Source: Acidobacteriota bacterium
Lineage (GTDB): Bacteria > Acidobacteriota > Terriglobia > Terriglobales > Acidobacteriaceae
Direction of reading: 5' to 3'
NCBI GenBank assembly: GCA_021792795.1
Contig: JAJYUB010000005.1
Span: 28,673 to 92,672, forward strand
DNA length: 64,000 bases
This document shows positions 1 to 9,429 of the stretch, one piece after another; position 1 is the first letter of the stretch, and every line of letters starts with the position of its first letter. A model generated the notes under the pieces. The model worked only from the letters and a program-made list of their open reading frames with translations, ran no database searches and had not been told where the DNA came from. Both the position numbers and the translations under genes were made by a program.

Positions 1-1177
1 AGATCAGCTTGTAAAGCTTGTATTGTTCATCGCTTAAATAACGCTTGATCTCATCGGGCGCCAGTTCCACGTTGGTCGGGCGAATCGCTTCATGCGCGTC
101 CTGCGCGTCTTTCTTGCCCTTGAAGGCATTCGGACTCGCCGGCAAATATTTCTGTCCCAATTTTTTCCCGATATAGGCGCGCGCGTCTTGTATGGCATCC
201 GGCGAAACTCGAACAGAATCGGTCCGCATGTAGGTGATCAAGCCGACAGTCCCCTGACTGCCAACTTCGACGCCTTCATACAAACGCTGCGCCACACCCA
301 TCGTCCGCCGAACATTGAAGCCGAGCTTGCGCGAAGCGTCCTGCTGCAGCTTGCTGGTGATAAACGGAGCTGTCGGATTCTGCCGACGCTCTTTCTTTTC
401 GACCGAGCGAACGTTCCAATCAGCCGTCTTCAGTGCTGCAACAATGGCATCGGTCTCCGCCTGGTTCGGCAGCGAGGGCGCATTCACGGTCTCGACGGTG
501 GCCCGCTTGCCGTCGATGCCCATAAAGCGCGCGGTAAACTCCTGGCCCTCTTTACCGCCACCCAAAACTGGCGTCAGTTGCGCATCCAGCGTCCAATACT
601 CCACCGGCTGAAAGGCCTTGATCAGCCGCTCGCGCTCGACAATCAACCGCACTGCGACCGTCTGCACGCGGCCCGCGGACAGACCGCGCCGCACCTTGTC
701 CCACAACAGCGGAGAGATCTGGTAGCCGACGATCCGGTCCAGCACGCGCCGCGTTTGCTGCGCATCGACCAGGCGCGCGTCCACCTGGCCGGCATGTTGA
801 AACGCCGCCTTCACCGCCTTCTGCGTGATCTCGTTAAACGTGACCCGCTGAATTGTCGCCTTGTTGCGAAGCTGCGGCTTCAGTTGCATCTCAAGATGCC
901 ACGCGATGGCCTCGCCTTCGCGGTCGGGATCGGGCGCCAGATACACCGCATCGGCAGTCGACGCCAGCTTCTTCAGCCGATCGACGACCTTCTCTTTGCC
1001 GGGCATCACAATCAGCTCCGGCTCAAACGTGCCGTGTTCCAGTTCCACGCCAATCTTGCTCTTCGGCAGGTCCATAATGTGGCCCAGCGAGGCCTCCACG
1101 ATGAAATCTTTGCCGAGATATTTGTTGATCGTCTTCGCCTTTGCGGGCGATTCGACGATGACCAATGACTTTGCCAT
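1..1177 (-). CDS. topA: DNA topoisomerase I, N-terminal ~392 codons (3' end lies beyond the window start)
   Basis: Own translation of the minus strand from the ATG at complement 1175-1177 gives MAKSLVIVESPAKAKTINKYLGKDFIVEASLGHIMDLP...YLAPDPDREGEAIAWH...QQTRRVLDRIVGYQISPLLW...GRVQTVAVRLIVERE, which are TOPRIM and type IA topoisomerase motifs. It is absent from the ORF track because it is open at the window edge. The 92..1168(+) ORF is its antisense shadow. It lies directly downstream of dprA, a common synteny. Confidence 0.9.
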   Translation of the reverse strand, partial: MAKSLVIVESPAKAKTINKYLGKDFIVEASLGHIMDLPKSKIGVELEHGTFEPELIVMPGKEKVVDRLKKLASTADAVYLAPDPDREGEAIAWHLEMQLKPQLRNKATIQRVTFNEITQKAVKAAFQHAGQVDARLVDAQQTRRVLDRIVGYQISPLLWDKVRRGLSAGRVQTVAVRLIVERERLIKAFQPVEYWTLDAQLTPVLGGGKEGQEFTARFMGIDGKRATVETVNAPSLPNQAETDAIVAALKTADWNVRSVEKKERRQNPTAPFITSKLQQDASRKLGFNVRRTMGVAQRLYEGVEVGSQGTVGLITYMRTDSVRVSPDAIQDARAYIGKKLGQKYLPASPNAFKGKKDAQDAHEAIRPTNVELAPDEIKRYLSDEQYKLYKLI

Positions 1178-1397
1178 GCAGTTACGCTTTCCTTTTCACG
1201 TACAAACTTGCTTTGCGGGCTGTTCAAGTGACGCGTTCATCGAAATTAGGTAACAAGTGCGAAACTACCACGGTTTCGCCGCGCGACACCAGTTACCCCC
1301 CGTCGCGCAATCGATTTCATCCGCCCAACGAGAGGGGCCAAATCAATCCAAATGCAGATGAAAAGTGGGTCAGCCGCCGGCCACAAAATTGGCTCTT

Positions 1398-2618
1398 CTA
1401 AAATGTCCTCACGTAATTTTTGCCCGGCATGGCGCGCACGCGTCCTGCCAGTTCCAATTCAAAAAGCGCCGTAAAAATCTCCGATGAACTCAACTTGCCT
1501 TCCAGCTTTTCGACCAGTTCATCCAATTGCAATGCCTGGTCTTGGCGGAGTGCATCGAACACGTGCGCCTGGTCTTCCGGCAGATCGGGCAAATTCGGCT
1601 TGCTGAATAACGATGCAGCAGACCCGTCGGAGGATGCAATTCCCTGTCGCTCCTCCACCTCCAACCGGACCTGCGTCGGCAGTTCTTCCCACACATCTTC
1701 CCAGGTGGCCACCAGCTTCGCGCCCTGTTTAATCAATGTGTTCGGCCCCCAGGAATTCTTTGACGTCACATTGCCGGGAACCGCGAACACCTCGCGATTT
1801 TGTTCCAGCGCGCAACGTGCGGTGATGCGCGTGCCGCTGTTCTCGCCGGCCTCAATCACCAGCACGCCGACGCTCATGCCACTCAAAATTCGATTGCGAA
1901 TGGGAAAATTCTGCGGCGCAGGAAACGTTCCCATGGGATATTCGCTGATGATCGCTCCCCCGGCTTCCAGAATCTGCTCCGCCAGACGCTTGTTCTCCTT
2001 GGGATAAATCACGTCGATTCCTGTCCCCCACACTGCCACGGTTTTCGCTCGCGCGTCCAGCGCTCCGCGATGGGCGGCTGTGTCGACACCCCGCGCCATG
2101 CCGCTTAAAACAATCAGCCCGTGCGCCGCCAGATCGCGCGCCAGCATCTCCGCCATTCCCGTTCCATACGGAGTAGGATGCCGCGTCCCGACAATCGCAA
2201 TCCCCGGCTGCGCCAGCAGTGCCTTCTCGCCGCGCAACCACAATAACGTTGGCGGATCGAAAATCTCTCGCAGCCGCTCCGGATACTCCTCGTCCGCCGG
2301 GGTGACCAACATTCCCCCGCCTTGTTGCACGAGACTCCACTCCTTTTCCGCTTCCGCCAGCGACTTGCCAGAGAAAATTTGCTGCGCGGACGCGGCGGGC
2401 AGGCGCAACCCCTCCAACCGTGTCAGCGGCAGCCCCAAAACACCTTGCGCGGTGCCGGTGGCGTTTACGGCCCGCCAAATGCGCGTGGGGCCCAGTCCGC
2501 TGGTCATGGTCAGCGCCAGCCACGCCAGCCGCTCGCCTTCCAGGGTTTGCGGCGGAGCGACCGGCGCGGCAACCGATTGCGAACTTTCAATAGATTGGTC
2601 GGGAATTTTCATCGTCAA
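1398..2618 (-). CDS. dprA: DNA-processing protein DprA (Smf)
   Basis: 406-aa ORF with GLGPTRIWRAV..., IAIVGTRHPTPYG, LSGMARGVDTAAHRGAL and SGTRITARCALEQNREVFAVPG, the DprA Rossmann-like core, plus a C-terminal winged-helix-like tail. Confidence 0.9.
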   Translation of the reverse strand: MTMKIPDQSIESSQSVAAPVAPPQTLEGERLAWLALTMTSGLGPTRIWRAVNATGTAQGVLGLPLTRLEGLRLPAASAQQIFSGKSLAEAEKEWSLVQQGGGMLVTPADEEYPERLREIFDPPTLLWLRGEKALLAQPGIAIVGTRHPTPYGTGMAEMLARDLAAHGLIVLSGMARGVDTAAHRGALDARAKTVAVWGTGIDVIYPKENKRLAEQILEAGGAIISEYPMGTFPAPQNFPIRNRILSGMSVGVLVIEAGENSGTRITARCALEQNREVFAVPGNVTSKNSWGPNTLIKQGAKLVATWEDVWEELPTQVRLEVEERQGIASSDGSAASLFSKPNLPDLPEDQAHVFDALRQDQALQLDELVEKLEGKLSSSEIFTALFELELAGRVRAMPGKNYVRTF

Positions 2619-2865
2619 CTTTATGTATATGAGTCAACATTTCCGCCGAGCAAACGGCTCCGCGGAAAAATTGGCTCGATGTTGCGAGAGCGTATCCGTG
2701 GCCGACTCGAATGTCAAGCCACGTTCCCGCACAATCGCCGTCGAAGCCCTCCGCTCGAGTCGCAAAGTCAACCTGTTGCACATCTTGGATTCCTGCCTGC
2801 ACGATTCACCAATTATTCATCGCGGGCTCATCATGCTCTCTCTACAAATGCTGCATAACTAGGGC

Positions 2866-3675
2866 ATGATTGGGGCGACGTACGACACGCTGATTCTGTC
2901 GGACATCCACCTGGGGTCTGAAGTGAGCCGGGCACAGGACGCGCTGGACGTGCTGCAGACGTACAGCTATCGCCGGCTGGTATTGCTGGGCGATATATTT
3001 TCCGATCTGAACTTTCGCCGCCTTACCAGCGAACACTGGAAGTTCCTCTCCTATATCCGCAAGCTTTCCAATCCCAAGCGCCAGGTGGAAGTGGTTTGGG
3101 TCGAAGGCAACCACGATACCGGCCTGGCCAACCTGATGTCGCACCTGGTCGGCGTGCCCGTATACCAGCGCTACGTTTGGGAGTACGAGGGCAAGCGGCA
3201 CCTGGCGATGCACGGCCATCAATTCGACGGCTTCGTCAAAAAGAACCTGTGGATCGGTCGATTGGGCGAGTGGATCTTTTTGCAAATTCAAAAAGTCGAT
3301 TCGCGGACCAAATGTCTCTCTCGGTTTCTGGACCGCATGAATACGCGCTGGCTGCTGCTGTCGGACAAAGTGGCGCGCGGGGCGGTCCGCGATGCTCAAA
3401 CCGGAAAATGCGAGCGCGTATTTTGCGGACATACTCACGTTGCCTTGTCCCTGCTCTGCGACGGCGTCGAGTATTACAACTCCGGCTCGTGGGTCGACGA
3501 GCGGGCCACTTTCCTCACCATCAACCAGCAAGGCGTGGAGATACAGACCTATGCCGGCGGAACTCACCATCGTTGTCCCAGCACGGAACGAGAACCAGTC
3601 GCTGCCGAAGCTGCTGACCTCTTTGAATCTGCAGGACTACCTGCACTTGCCGGATACCAGAGTGTTCGTTGCTGA
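2866..3675 (+). CDS. Calcineurin-like metallophosphoesterase (UDP-2,3-diacylglucosamine hydrolase-like fold)
   Basis: Signature blocks LILSDIHLG, LLGDIF, VEGNHD, MHGHQFD and FCGHTH. The last ~40 codons overlap the next gene and look non-conserved. Confidence 0.75.
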   Translation: MIGATYDTLILSDIHLGSEVSRAQDALDVLQTYSYRRLVLLGDIFSDLNFRRLTSEHWKFLSYIRKLSNPKRQVEVVWVEGNHDTGLANLMSHLVGVPVYQRYVWEYEGKRHLAMHGHQFDGFVKKNLWIGRLGEWIFLQIQKVDSRTKCLSRFLDRMNTRWLLLSDKVARGAVRDAQTGKCERVFCGHTHVALSLLCDGVEYYNSGSWVDERATFLTINQQGVEIQTYAGGTHHRCPSTEREPVAAEAADLFESAGLPALAGYQSVRC

Positions 3676-4267
3676 TGCCAACTCCACCGACGGCACAGCG
3701 GAGATGGCGCGTTCGTTTCCCGCGAAATTCCCCATCGAAGTACTCCCCGGAGGTCTGCCTGCTGTGGGTCGCAACGCAGGCGCGCATCGCGCTACCACAC
3801 CTTATGTGCTTTTTCTTGACGCGGATGTAGAACTGCGAGACCCAACCTTGCTACGCCGTTCCGTCTGCGCCATGCAGCGCCGCCAACTCCACTGCCTCAC
3901 CACCAACATTCGTTGCATCGACGGGAATGCGGCCGATCGGCTGCTGTTCGGCGGCAGCAATATCGTCCAAAAACTTTCCCGCTGGGCCGCTCCCTTTGCC
4001 ACCGGCATGTTCATGATGTTCGATCGCCAGGAATTTCAAAGGCTCGGCGGCTTCAATGAGCAGGCCCTCTATGCCGAAGACTACCTCCTAAGCAAGCAGG
4101 TGGCGCGAAAGCGATTTGCCGTCATCCCCGGCGCAGTGACGACGTCGAATCGCCGTTTTCGCAAGATGGGTCACTTGCGGATTGCCGGAATGTTTTTTCT
4201 GACCGCGCTCAACTCCGGCAACAAGACCTACTTCCTGCGCGACCAGGGCTACTGGGAAGAGTCCTAG
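3551..4267 (+). CDS. Family 2 glycosyltransferase (GT-A fold)
   Basis: The in-frame ATG at 3551 gives MPAELTIVVPARNENQSLPKLL, a canonical GT2 N-terminus. STDGT and the DxD-like FLDADV motif are also present. The longer ORF from 3392 has an implausible S/T/P-rich leader. Confidence 0.75.
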   Translation: MPAELTIVVPARNENQSLPKLLTSLNLQDYLHLPDTRVFVADANSTDGTAEMARSFPAKFPIEVLPGGLPAVGRNAGAHRATTPYVLFLDADVELRDPTLLRRSVCAMQRRQLHCLTTNIRCIDGNAADRLLFGGSNIVQKLSRWAAPFATGMFMMFDRQEFQRLGGFNEQALYAEDYLLSKQVARKRFAVIPGAVTTSNRRFRKMGHLRIAGMFFLTALNSGNKTYFLRDQGYWEES

Positions 4268-4303
4268 CGGCCAACGCAGCTTCTTCCCGCGGCCGATTGA
4301 AGA

Positions 4304-5476
4304 TTACGCAGTCAACTTCACCGGTTTGCCCTCGGCGCAGGATTTGTAAATCGCCGTAATGATGCGCTGATCTTTCAATCCTTCTTCGCCTCCGGTCTTC
4401 GGCCCGCGGTCCTGCAGAATGCAATCCGAAAAATAATCCGCCTCGGCGGCAAACTGTCGCGGCGACGGATTATTGAAGGCGACATTCAGCGGCGGTTTGC
4501 CCTGTGCCTTCCCCGTCAATTGCAATCCCTGATAGCCAAACGCCGGATTCAGTTCCAGCATGCCTTCCGAGCCAATGGCGCGCGCCGAGCCGCCGAGAAA
4601 ATTGGTGCCATAACTGGTCGCGCAATGCGCCAGCACGCCGCTGGGAAAGCGGAAGGTCCATACCAGGTTCTCCTCCACTTCGTTGAAGCGGCCATCTTGA
4701 TCGATGACAGAAGAGTAGGCATCGACAACCGTGGGTTCCTCGCCGGTAAGGTATCGCGCCGCCTGGATCGAATAAATGCCGACATCGACCAACGGACCGC
4801 CGCCCGCCATTTTTTTGTTCAGGCGCCATTCTCCCGGATGAATATTGAAGCCGTTCGAGCTGGTGACGACTTGGAGTTTCCCCGCGTAGCCCTGGCGCAG
4901 CAACTCGATCGCCTTCAAATTGGTCGGCTCATACTGGCAGCGATACGCGATCATCAGCTTGCGGTCGGCCTGCTTGCAGGCGGCGATCATCTGTTCGCAC
5001 TCCTTGACGGAATTCGCCATGGGCTTCTCGCACAGCACATGCTTGCCGGCTTTGGCGGCGCGGATGGTGTACTCAGCGTGCATGCCGTTGGGCAGAGCAA
5101 TGTACACGGCTTCGATGGCGGGATTGTCGCGGATCGATTCGTAGTTCCGATAGTTGTAAATCGCGTTGTGCGGGACGTCATACTCGTCGGCGATGCGTTC
5201 TGCCTTGTCGCGGTGGCCGCTGACCAGCGCCACAATCTTCGAGTCCTTCGAAATCTTCACGCCGGGCATGAATTGGCCCATGGAAATGCGACCCAGCCCG
5301 ACAATGCAGTAGCCAATTTTCTTGCCGCCGGCCAACGGCGAACTTGTCTGGTCCGTTTCACTCTGAGGCGTCGATGCTTCCGCGATCGCTGCGCCGGGAA
5401 AGGCCCCGCCGGCAAAAGCGCCGAGCGCGACTGCGGTACCTGCCTGTTTCAGAAAACTACGTCGGCTGGGACCCAT
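4304..5476 (-). CDS. Gfo/Idh/MocA-family oxidoreductase with twin-arginine signal peptide
   Basis: The ATG at 5476 gives MGPSRRSFLKQAGTAVALGAFAGG (Tat motif), followed by the Rossmann segment IGYCIVGLGRISMGQ and the LCEKPMA motif. The upstream part of the 471-aa ORF is R/G-rich and unlikely to be translated. Confidence 0.8.
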   Translation of the reverse strand: MGPSRRSFLKQAGTAVALGAFAGGAFPGAAIAEASTPQSETDQTSSPLAGGKKIGYCIVGLGRISMGQFMPGVKISKDSKIVALVSGHRDKAERIADEYDVPHNAIYNYRNYESIRDNPAIEAVYIALPNGMHAEYTIRAAKAGKHVLCEKPMANSVKECEQMIAACKQADRKLMIAYRCQYEPTNLKAIELLRQGYAGKLQVVTSSNGFNIHPGEWRLNKKMAGGGPLVDVGIYSIQAARYLTGEEPTVVDAYSSVIDQDGRFNEVEENLVWTFRFPSGVLAHCATSYGTNFLGGSARAIGSEGMLELNPAFGYQGLQLTGKAQGKPPLNVAFNNPSPRQFAAEADYFSDCILQDRGPKTGGEEGLKDQRIITAIYKSCAEGKPVKLTA

Positions 5477-5550
5477 GATTCTCCTCACAAACAAAAGTTC
5501 ATTCCGCGTACGCGTGCAGGGATGCAATCCACGCACCTGCTGGAAGCAGT

Positions 5551-6414
5551 TTATCCGAGCCAGCGCAGCGGCGGCGCTTGCGGCAGCACCCCGGTTTCCG
5601 CGGCATAACGGAAGAAAAGTTCCATTCCCGCCAGGCACGCTTCGTCCAGCACATAGTGAATGTGTTCCGTAAGGTAATTGCGAATGGTCGCGGCAGGGAC
5701 CGCGATGCGGGGCGACCATTCTCGGACCAGGTCCTCAACGTGTGCCATGCCGCGATCGCGGGAACGAAGGAAGTCTTCGGCGACCTGCGACGCGGTCAGC
5801 TTCGCCGCCTTAATCGCTTCGGGACGCACTGCCCATACCGCCGACACCCACGGCACGCCGGTATGCTGCTTCCATAGATGGGCGAGATCGAGGTATTCCA
5901 GGCGCTCGCCGGTGCGCGCCAACCGCGCCGCCCGATCTTCCAGTGCCAGCAGCGCGGGATCGCCAATCAAAATGGCGGCGTCGCAGTCCTGCAGCATGGC
6001 GTCGAGGTTCGGCGCATGGGAAATGAACTCCGGGTCAACGTGAAGAAATTTGCGGAAAACAATCTGCGCGTAGGCATTGGACGTGCGAGAGCCGGTGTCC
6101 GCCGCGACGCGACGCACCGCTCCGATTCCGTCGGGATGCTTCACGACCATGAGGATGGAACGCACCCGATCCAGCGAAGCAATGGTGCAGCCGCGAAGAA
6201 TCCGCAACCCCGGGGTAGTTGCGTAGGCGGCAATCGGAATCAAGCCGATGTCGGCAGTTTCCTCCGCCAACTCGGCCGCGCATTGCGACGGCATGGCGCT
6301 GTGGATCGCGTAGCGCTCCGCCAGCTTTTCCATCTCCGGTGGATGTTCAAAGTCCCACATCAGCGGGGCAGGATTCAGAAAGCGAATGGCGGATATACGA
6401 AGGCGCTGCGTCAC
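5551..6414 (-). CDS. mqnA: Chorismate dehydratase MqnA (futalosine route to menaquinone)
   Basis: 287-aa ORF. LRISAIRFLNPAPL, DIGLIPIAAY, TSNAYAQIVF and AAILIGDPALL match my recollection of the MqnA periplasmic-binding-protein-like family. Confidence 0.75.
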   Translation of the reverse strand: MTQRLRISAIRFLNPAPLMWDFEHPPEMEKLAERYAIHSAMPSQCAAELAEETADIGLIPIAAYATTPGLRILRGCTIASLDRVRSILMVVKHPDGIGAVRRVAADTGSRTSNAYAQIVFRKFLHVDPEFISHAPNLDAMLQDCDAAILIGDPALLALEDRAARLARTGERLEYLDLAHLWKQHTGVPWVSAVWAVRPEAIKAAKLTASQVAEDFLRSRDRGMAHVEDLVREWSPRIAVPAATIRNYLTEHIHYVLDEACLAGMELFFRYAAETGVLPQAPPLRWLG

Positions 6415-6548
6415 CGATCAGTGTAGCAATCCATCCACGCAACAGCGGACCGGCGACGCGAAGAACCGCAGGTCGCGTCAAGACGTAAGATAACAACCAA
6501 AGCTCTCACAGCACCTCTCGTGCGCATGCCTGGAAACCGCGGGAAGAG

Positions 6549-6612
6549 ATACTGAAGTTTTCACTTGACTATCTTGACGTCCCGCGCAATACTGAAGCTG
6601 CCACTTAACTAT
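6549..6612. repeat. Two 24-nt imperfect direct repeats (20/24 identical) spaced exactly 40 nt apart, upstream of the SRPBCC/ArsR pair
   Basis: 6549-6572 is ATACTGAAGTTTTCACTTGACTAT and 6589-6612 is ATACTGAAGCTGCCACTTAACTAT. Read directly from the sequence. Confidence 0.6.
6565..6593 (+). promoter_or_regulatory. Candidate sigma70-type promoter (TTGACT, 17-nt spacer, AATACT) for the SRPBCC/ArsR genes
   Basis: The -35 TTGACT is at 6565-6570, followed by a 17-nt spacer and the -10 AATACT at 6588-6593, about 37 nt upstream of the ATG at 6630. Pattern match only. Confidence 0.25.
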
Positions 6613-6629
6613 TGGCAGAAAGGAACACC

Positions 6630-7112
6630 ATGAAAGCTCAACAAGACCCAGCCGTCATCCACAGCACCTTTGTCCTGGAGCGCAGCTATCCCAAGCCGCC
6701 CGAGCGCGTCTTCTCCGCCTTTGCCAACGCTCCACAAAAACGCCGCTGGTTTTTCAGCGGAAGAAGTTCCGACCTCGAGAAGTATGAATTGGACTTTCGC
6801 GAGGGAGGAAGCGAGCACGCCTACATGCGTTTCAACAATAACTCCCGTTTCCCCGGAGTCCCCATGATCACCGATACAACGTATTTGGACATCACACCCA
6901 ATCGGCGAATCGTCGCCTGCTCCACCATGACCATTGGAGAAAACCGTGTTTCCGTCGCGCTGGTTACGTTTGAGCTTCTTCCCACCGACCAAGGAACTGA
7001 CCTGATCTGCACCCACCAGGGAGCGTTCTTTGAAGGCTCCGGCGGCCCGGAAATGCGGGAGGAAGGCTGGCGCAAGATCTTTGAGAATTTGGACACGGAA
7101 ATGGCGAGCTGA
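6630..7112 (+). CDS. SRPBCC-fold protein (Aha1/activator of Hsp90 ATPase homolog-like)
   Basis: The ATG at 6630 is preceded by AAAGGAA. The translation runs VIHSTFVLERSYPKPPERVFSAF...EGGSEHAYMRF...GWRKIFENL. This family is typically paired with ArsR-type regulators. Confidence 0.8.
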   Translation: MKAQQDPAVIHSTFVLERSYPKPPERVFSAFANAPQKRRWFFSGRSSDLEKYELDFREGGSEHAYMRFNNNSRFPGVPMITDTTYLDITPNRRIVACSTMTIGENRVSVALVTFELLPTDQGTDLICTHQGAFFEGSGGPEMREEGWRKIFENLDTEMAS

Positions 7113-7243
7113 AGTGATGGCCACTCGCCTATGTCCCTTCCGTTCGACCCTGCTGCCACGGCTATGCACAGAAGGATGCACGGCTCTCAAACATGCCGGC
7201 AGACGATCCGCGTTTGCCGGCAAAATCGGAAAGGGTCCCGACT

Positions 7244-7576
7244 ATGTCGCGTCCAAAGATCAATATTGACGGGCTGTTCCACGCACTCGGAGATCCAACG
7301 CGTCGAGCCATCCTGGACAAGCTGTGCCATGGACCTCTTTCCGTTTCCCGCCTGGCTCAGCCACTCGGCGTCACCGTCACCGCCGTGATGCAGCATCTGC
7401 AAATTTTGGAAGAAAGCAGCTTGGTGCGCACGGAAAAGATCGGAAGAACTCGCACCTGCCGCATCGAAACAGCAGGCTTTACAGCGTTACAACAGTGGAT
7501 TGACGATCACCGCACTCTTTGGCAACAGCGCCTCGATAGCCTCGGCGAATTCCTTAACATTGACGACGAGGAATGA
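7244..7576 (+). CDS. ArsR/SmtB-family transcriptional regulator
   Basis: The ATG at 7244 gives MSRPKINIDGLFHALGDPTRRAILDKLCHGPLSVSRLAQPLGVTVTAVMQHLQILEESSLV, a winged HTH of ArsR type. Confidence 0.85.
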   Translation: MSRPKINIDGLFHALGDPTRRAILDKLCHGPLSVSRLAQPLGVTVTAVMQHLQILEESSLVRTEKIGRTRTCRIETAGFTALQQWIDDHRTLWQQRLDSLGEFLNIDDEE

Positions 7577-7736
7577 CAACGCGCCCGCTAAATTTCCCAG
7601 CGCAACAAACAGGTGCCGACGGTATACCCGGCTCCCACAGACGCCAGCAGCTTCCCCAATTCTCGCCTTTTTTGTCAACTACCGGTCACCAGATTGGATC
7701 TCAGCCCCTAAATCTAGGGACGTGCTCCACCAGATG

Positions 7737-7949
7737 CTAAGCCCGACGGCGCTTGGGCTGCGTCTCAATCCATTGCCGCAAAGCCGTGTCCACTCGCGTC
7801 TGCCATCCGGGGCCAGTGGCACGAAGCCGCTCCACCACAGACTCCTGGCGGCCCGAGTCTGAAGTCCATTCAAAATTCGATGCATGGAAACGATTCGAAC
7901 AGGAGCACTCAAGGGCTGAAGCCATCTGTTTTTGAGCCAGGTACGGCAC
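7737..7949 (-). pseudogene. BrnA/DUF4415-like antitoxin remnant (C-terminal motif only)
   Basis: The C-terminus SVVERLRATGPGWQTRVDTALRQWI resembles the BrnA consensus (..DVLEWFRAQG.GYQTRINAALREY.). The preceding ribbon-helix-helix strand appears shortened, and I found no BrnT-like ORF in 7950-8138. Confidence 0.35.
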
Positions 7950-8138
7950 CCTTCGGCTGCGCTTAGGGCAGGCCAGAGAGGTTCTCTTTCAGATATAAAC
8001 CAAAGCCACCGCCCTCAAACCGCCATTTCCCCAAGAAATGGCAGCAATGTAGAACCTTAAAATGGACACGAGAGAAGGAGGACCGCTGCTAGAAGCCGTG
8101 CCCCGATACAAGACCTGAAATTATTTTTTTTCACAAAT

Positions 8139-8591
8139 TTACGATTCAGGACAAGAGCGATGGTTTGCAGCGGCTTTGGTTTCGGACTCGCGACCCTTGA
8201 GCCGATCATAGAGGTAAAGATCGCTGACGGTGCCCAGGGCCAGGTTGTAGTAGTCGGGAGTTCCAATGGCTGCGCACAGTTCTTCGTCGAATGCGTGCAG
8301 GGCGTGCAGGTGCGCGGCCGTGGCGGCGACTTCAAGCCGGCTGGCGCGCAGGAATTTCTGATAGCCGCGGTCGACCAGCGTGGAAATCTCGCCGCCAATC
8401 AGGCAGCCGGGCCGGACGACGTAGGCAGCGCCGCCGTTTGGCGTTTTGGCCAGGACCGCGCCGCAGCAGTATTTGCGGACCTGGACCCGATTTGCTGCGC
8501 CGGGAGTGTCCACGACATCAAACCCATGAGAACGAAAATATGTCATGGCGCTATCGAAGGTCTTGGCTGGAGGGTTTGATTTTTTGCTCAT
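8139..8591 (-). CDS. Hypothetical protein (150 aa), family not recognised
   Basis: The ORF from the ATG at 8591 (MSKKSNPPAKTFDSAMTYFRSHGFDVVD...) has a protein-like composition, whereas the overlapping plus-strand ORF 8160..8579 looks like an antisense shadow. Confidence 0.45.
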   Translation of the reverse strand: MSKKSNPPAKTFDSAMTYFRSHGFDVVDTPGAANRVQVRKYCCGAVLAKTPNGGAAYVVRPGCLIGGEISTLVDRGYQKFLRASRLEVAATAAHLHALHAFDEELCAAIGTPDYYNLALGTVSDLYLYDRLKGRESETKAAANHRSCPES

Positions 8592-8784
8592 GAAATTGTC
8601 GATTGCTCTCCAGGTTTCGGAAACGGCGCGAAATCTGCGTGTGCCGCGCACCCGATTGCGACCGTTCGCAAGCTGCCGCTACACTTTCAGTATAGCGTGC
8701 GGGGATTCACCTCCGACGCTTCAAATGTTTCGCCGGAATCGATGAATATCTGAGTGAACGGTTTTGGGGGCGGGTAAAATCACG

Positions 8785-9267
8785 ATGCTGCGCATGGGCC
8801 AGATGCAATTCGATCGGATTCGCCGACATGGAGAAGAGACTTATCCGAACGAGTGCTGCGGGGTCTTGCTGGGTTACGTGGGAACGGACGGCAACAGAGT
8901 GATCGACGCGGTGTCGGCTGAGAATACGCGATCTGACTCGGCTCACAATCGTTACGAGATTGCGCCGCGTGAGCTGGTCCGCATCCAGCAGCAGGCGCGG
9001 CATCGAGGGCTGGACATTGTCGGCTTCTATCATTCGCATCCTGACCATCCTGCAGAGTGGTCAAAGACCGATTTAGAAGAAGCGCACTGGCTGGGATGTT
9101 CGTATGTCATCACCAGTGTGGCGGGAAATGCTGCCGGTGGCGGCGCTGGCACCGGGCGCTGTCTGGCCAAAGAGACAAGCTCCTTTCTGTTGACTGGAAC
9201 GGACGAGGAAGACAAGCGGCTGGAGCGCGAACCCATCGAAGTTACAGCCGGTGTCGATGCACGGTAG
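8785..9267 (+). CDS. JAMM/MPN+ metalloprotease (Mec-like deubiquitinase-type isopeptidase)
   Basis: PNECCGVLLG and GFYHSHPDHPAEWSKTD form the E...HxH...S..D JAMM motif. The start is taken at ATG 8785 rather than TTG 8764. Confidence 0.8.
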   Translation: MLRMGQMQFDRIRRHGEETYPNECCGVLLGYVGTDGNRVIDAVSAENTRSDSAHNRYEIAPRELVRIQQQARHRGLDIVGFYHSHPDHPAEWSKTDLEEAHWLGCSYVITSVAGNAAGGGAGTGRCLAKETSSFLLTGTDEEDKRLEREPIEVTAGVDAR

Positions 9268-9429
9268 CGCGATCGGCGCGATCATGCAGTCGATGCGGAA
9301 CCATTGGTCCGGGCCCGATTGGAATGAACCAAATTTTTCCCACCCTAGCCGCAAAAGACGCGGCGAGGATGGGGCGCCCGAATGCAATACTTTCAGGCCG
9401 GACCAATAGAACCATGCGAAGATTGCATT

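Noticed and set aside
92-1168. 358-aa plus-strand ORF (and nested ORFs 315..611, 853..1077, 861..1253)
   Set aside because: The composition is Arg/Leu/Gln-rich with no recognisable motifs. It lies exactly antisense to a clean topoisomerase I reading frame that runs off the window edge, so it is a shadow ORF typical of high-GC DNA.
7950-8138. Search for a BrnT toxin gene upstream of the BrnA-like ORF
   Set aside because: No frame yields the RFEWD..K...N..KHG motif or any ORF longer than 40 codons with protein-like composition.
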